Shown here one piece after another: positions 39,321 to 40,734 of a stretch of DNA of 40,734 bases (its first letter is position 1; each line of letters opens with the position of its first letter). Location of the stretch: IMG/VR virus record IMGVR_UViG_2718217785_000001; one strand, 5' to 3'. Position numbers and translations under genes: made by a program. The notes below the pieces were generated by a model. It was not told the origin of the DNA and searched no databases. It saw only the letters and a program-made list of their open reading frames with translations. The stretch comes from a virus. Its lineage: Duplodnaviria; Heunggongvirae; Uroviricota; Caudoviricetes.

Positions 39321-40166
39321 CTATTGGCGAAGTGGCCATATTTTTCTGTTTTTTAAAAAACTATCTCCAACTATATAACTGCAACAATGTTCACTAAGGC
39401 CATAAAAACTAATTATTCCATATTTATGAGAAGCTATATCAGACAGTTCTGCTAATACTGTGGCAAGCCAACGAGCGATGCTAAGAGAATAGAATCTTCC
39501 CCATTTTTGAACAATGGTATTTTGTCCAGTACGGATGGAGGCTGATATAAGGTCTTGCATCATGTTGGTACTTTCATTCATATACATGATCGTTGTATAC
39601 GGCGAAAGAGTGGCATTGATAAACCTAGCATTTTCTTCAACACGTCTTTGTTCAACTGTATAATAATAATGTTTTTCAAGGATACTCTCGGCTACTTCTC
39701 CCCACCATTTATTAATAGGTTCATTATTGGTTAAATTGGGGCTGCTTAATGAAGAGAAATTTGCGTAACGTCCCCGTCGGGCATCAGCAAAGGAATCTAA
39801 ACATTCAAGTATTTTGTAGGTGATTTTATGTGTAGGACGTGAATATCTCAGAGATAGTTGCATTTTTTTAGAAATACTATCAACCTCGTTGGTTAATTCA
39901 ATGAGCTTATGTCCAAATTTTCTTACAATATTCTCGTCAGGCATTTTTCCTTTATGTTCAATGGCATAGTGTGCAACAAGTATTAGTTTAGCAAGTCTCT
40001 CAAAACCTACAGAAAGCCCAAAAAATGCAGTGTAATACTCACCTATTTTGTCTGCATAATTGGCTTTACCTATGGCTGTTGCCCCAGAACCAATGAGCTG
40101 TGTAACTAAAGATGCTTCTCGGCCCAGAGCGTGCCATGCTGGAATATCCCAGGGATTTTTATTCAC
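39321..40166 (-). CDS. Low-GC cargo gene, unknown function, at the invertase-distal hotspot; candidate defence gene
   Basis: 281 aa ORF, AT-rich, occupies the position where e14 carries mcrA; no recognised motifs. Confidence 0.6.
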   Translation of the reverse strand: MNKNPWDIPAWHALGREASLVTQLIGSGATAIGKANYADKIGEYYTAFFGLSVGFERLAKLILVAHYAIEHKGKMPDENIVRKFGHKLIELTNEVDSISKKMQLSLRYSRPTHKITYKILECLDSFADARRGRYANFSSLSSPNLTNNEPINKWWGEVAESILEKHYYYTVEQRRVEENARFINATLSPYTTIMYMNESTNMMQDLISASIRTGQNTIVQKWGRFYSLSIARWLATVLAELSDIASHKYGIISFYGLSEHCCSYIVGDSFLKNRKIWPLRQ

Positions 40167-40293
40167 TTTATTATTTTCCTTTGCTCATAAATTTAAATTG
40201 TTTGAGTATCTCATAAAATATAAGGAGGTGGTTAAGGTTGTTGATCGCATATAATAGCTATTGAAAGTCAAGAACTCGGTTTTATGTTCTACC

Positions 40294-40334
40294 ACTAATT
40301 AATATATTGTGAATCTTACAATATATTAATTAGT
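40294..40334. repeat. Perfect 17 bp inverted repeat with 7 bp spacer (ACTAATTAATATATTGT ... ACAATATATTAATTAGT)
   Basis: Read directly from sequence in the gap between the two cargo ORFs. Confidence 0.65.
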
Positions 40335-40467
40335 ATGATCAAACCAGCCATCAACTGATTCCTTGTATCTTTCAGAGTCTCCAGAATAAAAGCCTTAACG
40401 AATTCCTTATTTGTGAGTGCCTTACAAAAAGCCCATTGTTGCAGGGAACGAGTATAAAACTCGTCAG

Positions 40468-40734
40468 CTACTGGAGAAGGCTACCTGAACTTCGATCTAT
40501 TCCTGCATCCATATAGTTGATGGTCTTCTGGAGCTCTTCGATTAGGGCAACAGCTTTTGCTCGAGAAATGCATATTAGGTGATCCGGAAATTCTTGTAAG
40601 GGCCAGTTTGGTATACAGGCCATGTTATCAGTGAAGGATGCAGACAAGTAAACTTCATTGGTAACCAGAGAATAGCTTACCTCAAAATTGGTGAGCTCCG
40701 GCAAACTGCTAACGTTTGACTCTTTTCTGCGCAT
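40468..40734 (-). CDS. Hypothetical cargo protein; start at window edge, may extend beyond
   Basis: 88 aa minus-strand ORF ending at 40468, low GC, upstream of the 281 aa cargo gene on the same strand. Confidence 0.4.
   Translation of the reverse strand: MRRKESNVSSLPELTNFEVSYSLVTNEVYLSASFTDNMACIPNWPLQEFPDHLICISRAKAVALIEELQKTINYMDAGIDRSSGSLLQ

Noticed and set aside
39321-40166. Cargo gene as McrA-like restriction enzyme by analogy with e14
   Set aside because: The protein lacks HNH-type Cys/His motifs and has no resemblance to McrA that I can see; only the genomic position is analogous

Overview
The window is almost entirely one temperate prophage (about 40.5 kb, right end not reached) integrated beside the host ferredoxin gene yfhL (1..261). 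All calls are from reading the translated ORFs and the raw sequence; no database search was run. From left to right the modules are: (1) integrase plus small excisionase-like HTH; (2) a leftward replication module (SNF2 helicase, VRR-NUC nuclease, family A DNA polymerase, DUF2815-like and Cas4-like DUF2800 nucleases), interrupted by low-GC morons; (3) a lambdoid immunity switch (CI-like S24 repressor, Cro-like HTH) followed by a primase/helicase-like gene; (4) a dense GGTGGCAG iteron array; (5) antiterminator Q, late leader with intrinsic terminators, and a lambda-like lysis cassette (holin, R-type endolysin, overlapping spanins); (6) HNH endonuclease, terminase small and large subunits, HK97-type portal, protease and capsid; (7) a Mu-like contractile tail and baseplate with a programmed -1 frameshift in the chaperone; (8) an e14-like invertible tail-fibre segment whose invertase is truncated; (9) a low-GC cargo island at the window end. 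The best candidates for undescribed biology are a standalone TIR-like-domain protein inside the replication module (5061..5822), the cargo genes that replaced the 3' half of the invertase (39321..40166, 40468..40734), and three low-GC morons encoding membrane or secreted proteins (3535..4332, 8007..8276, 31450..31980).
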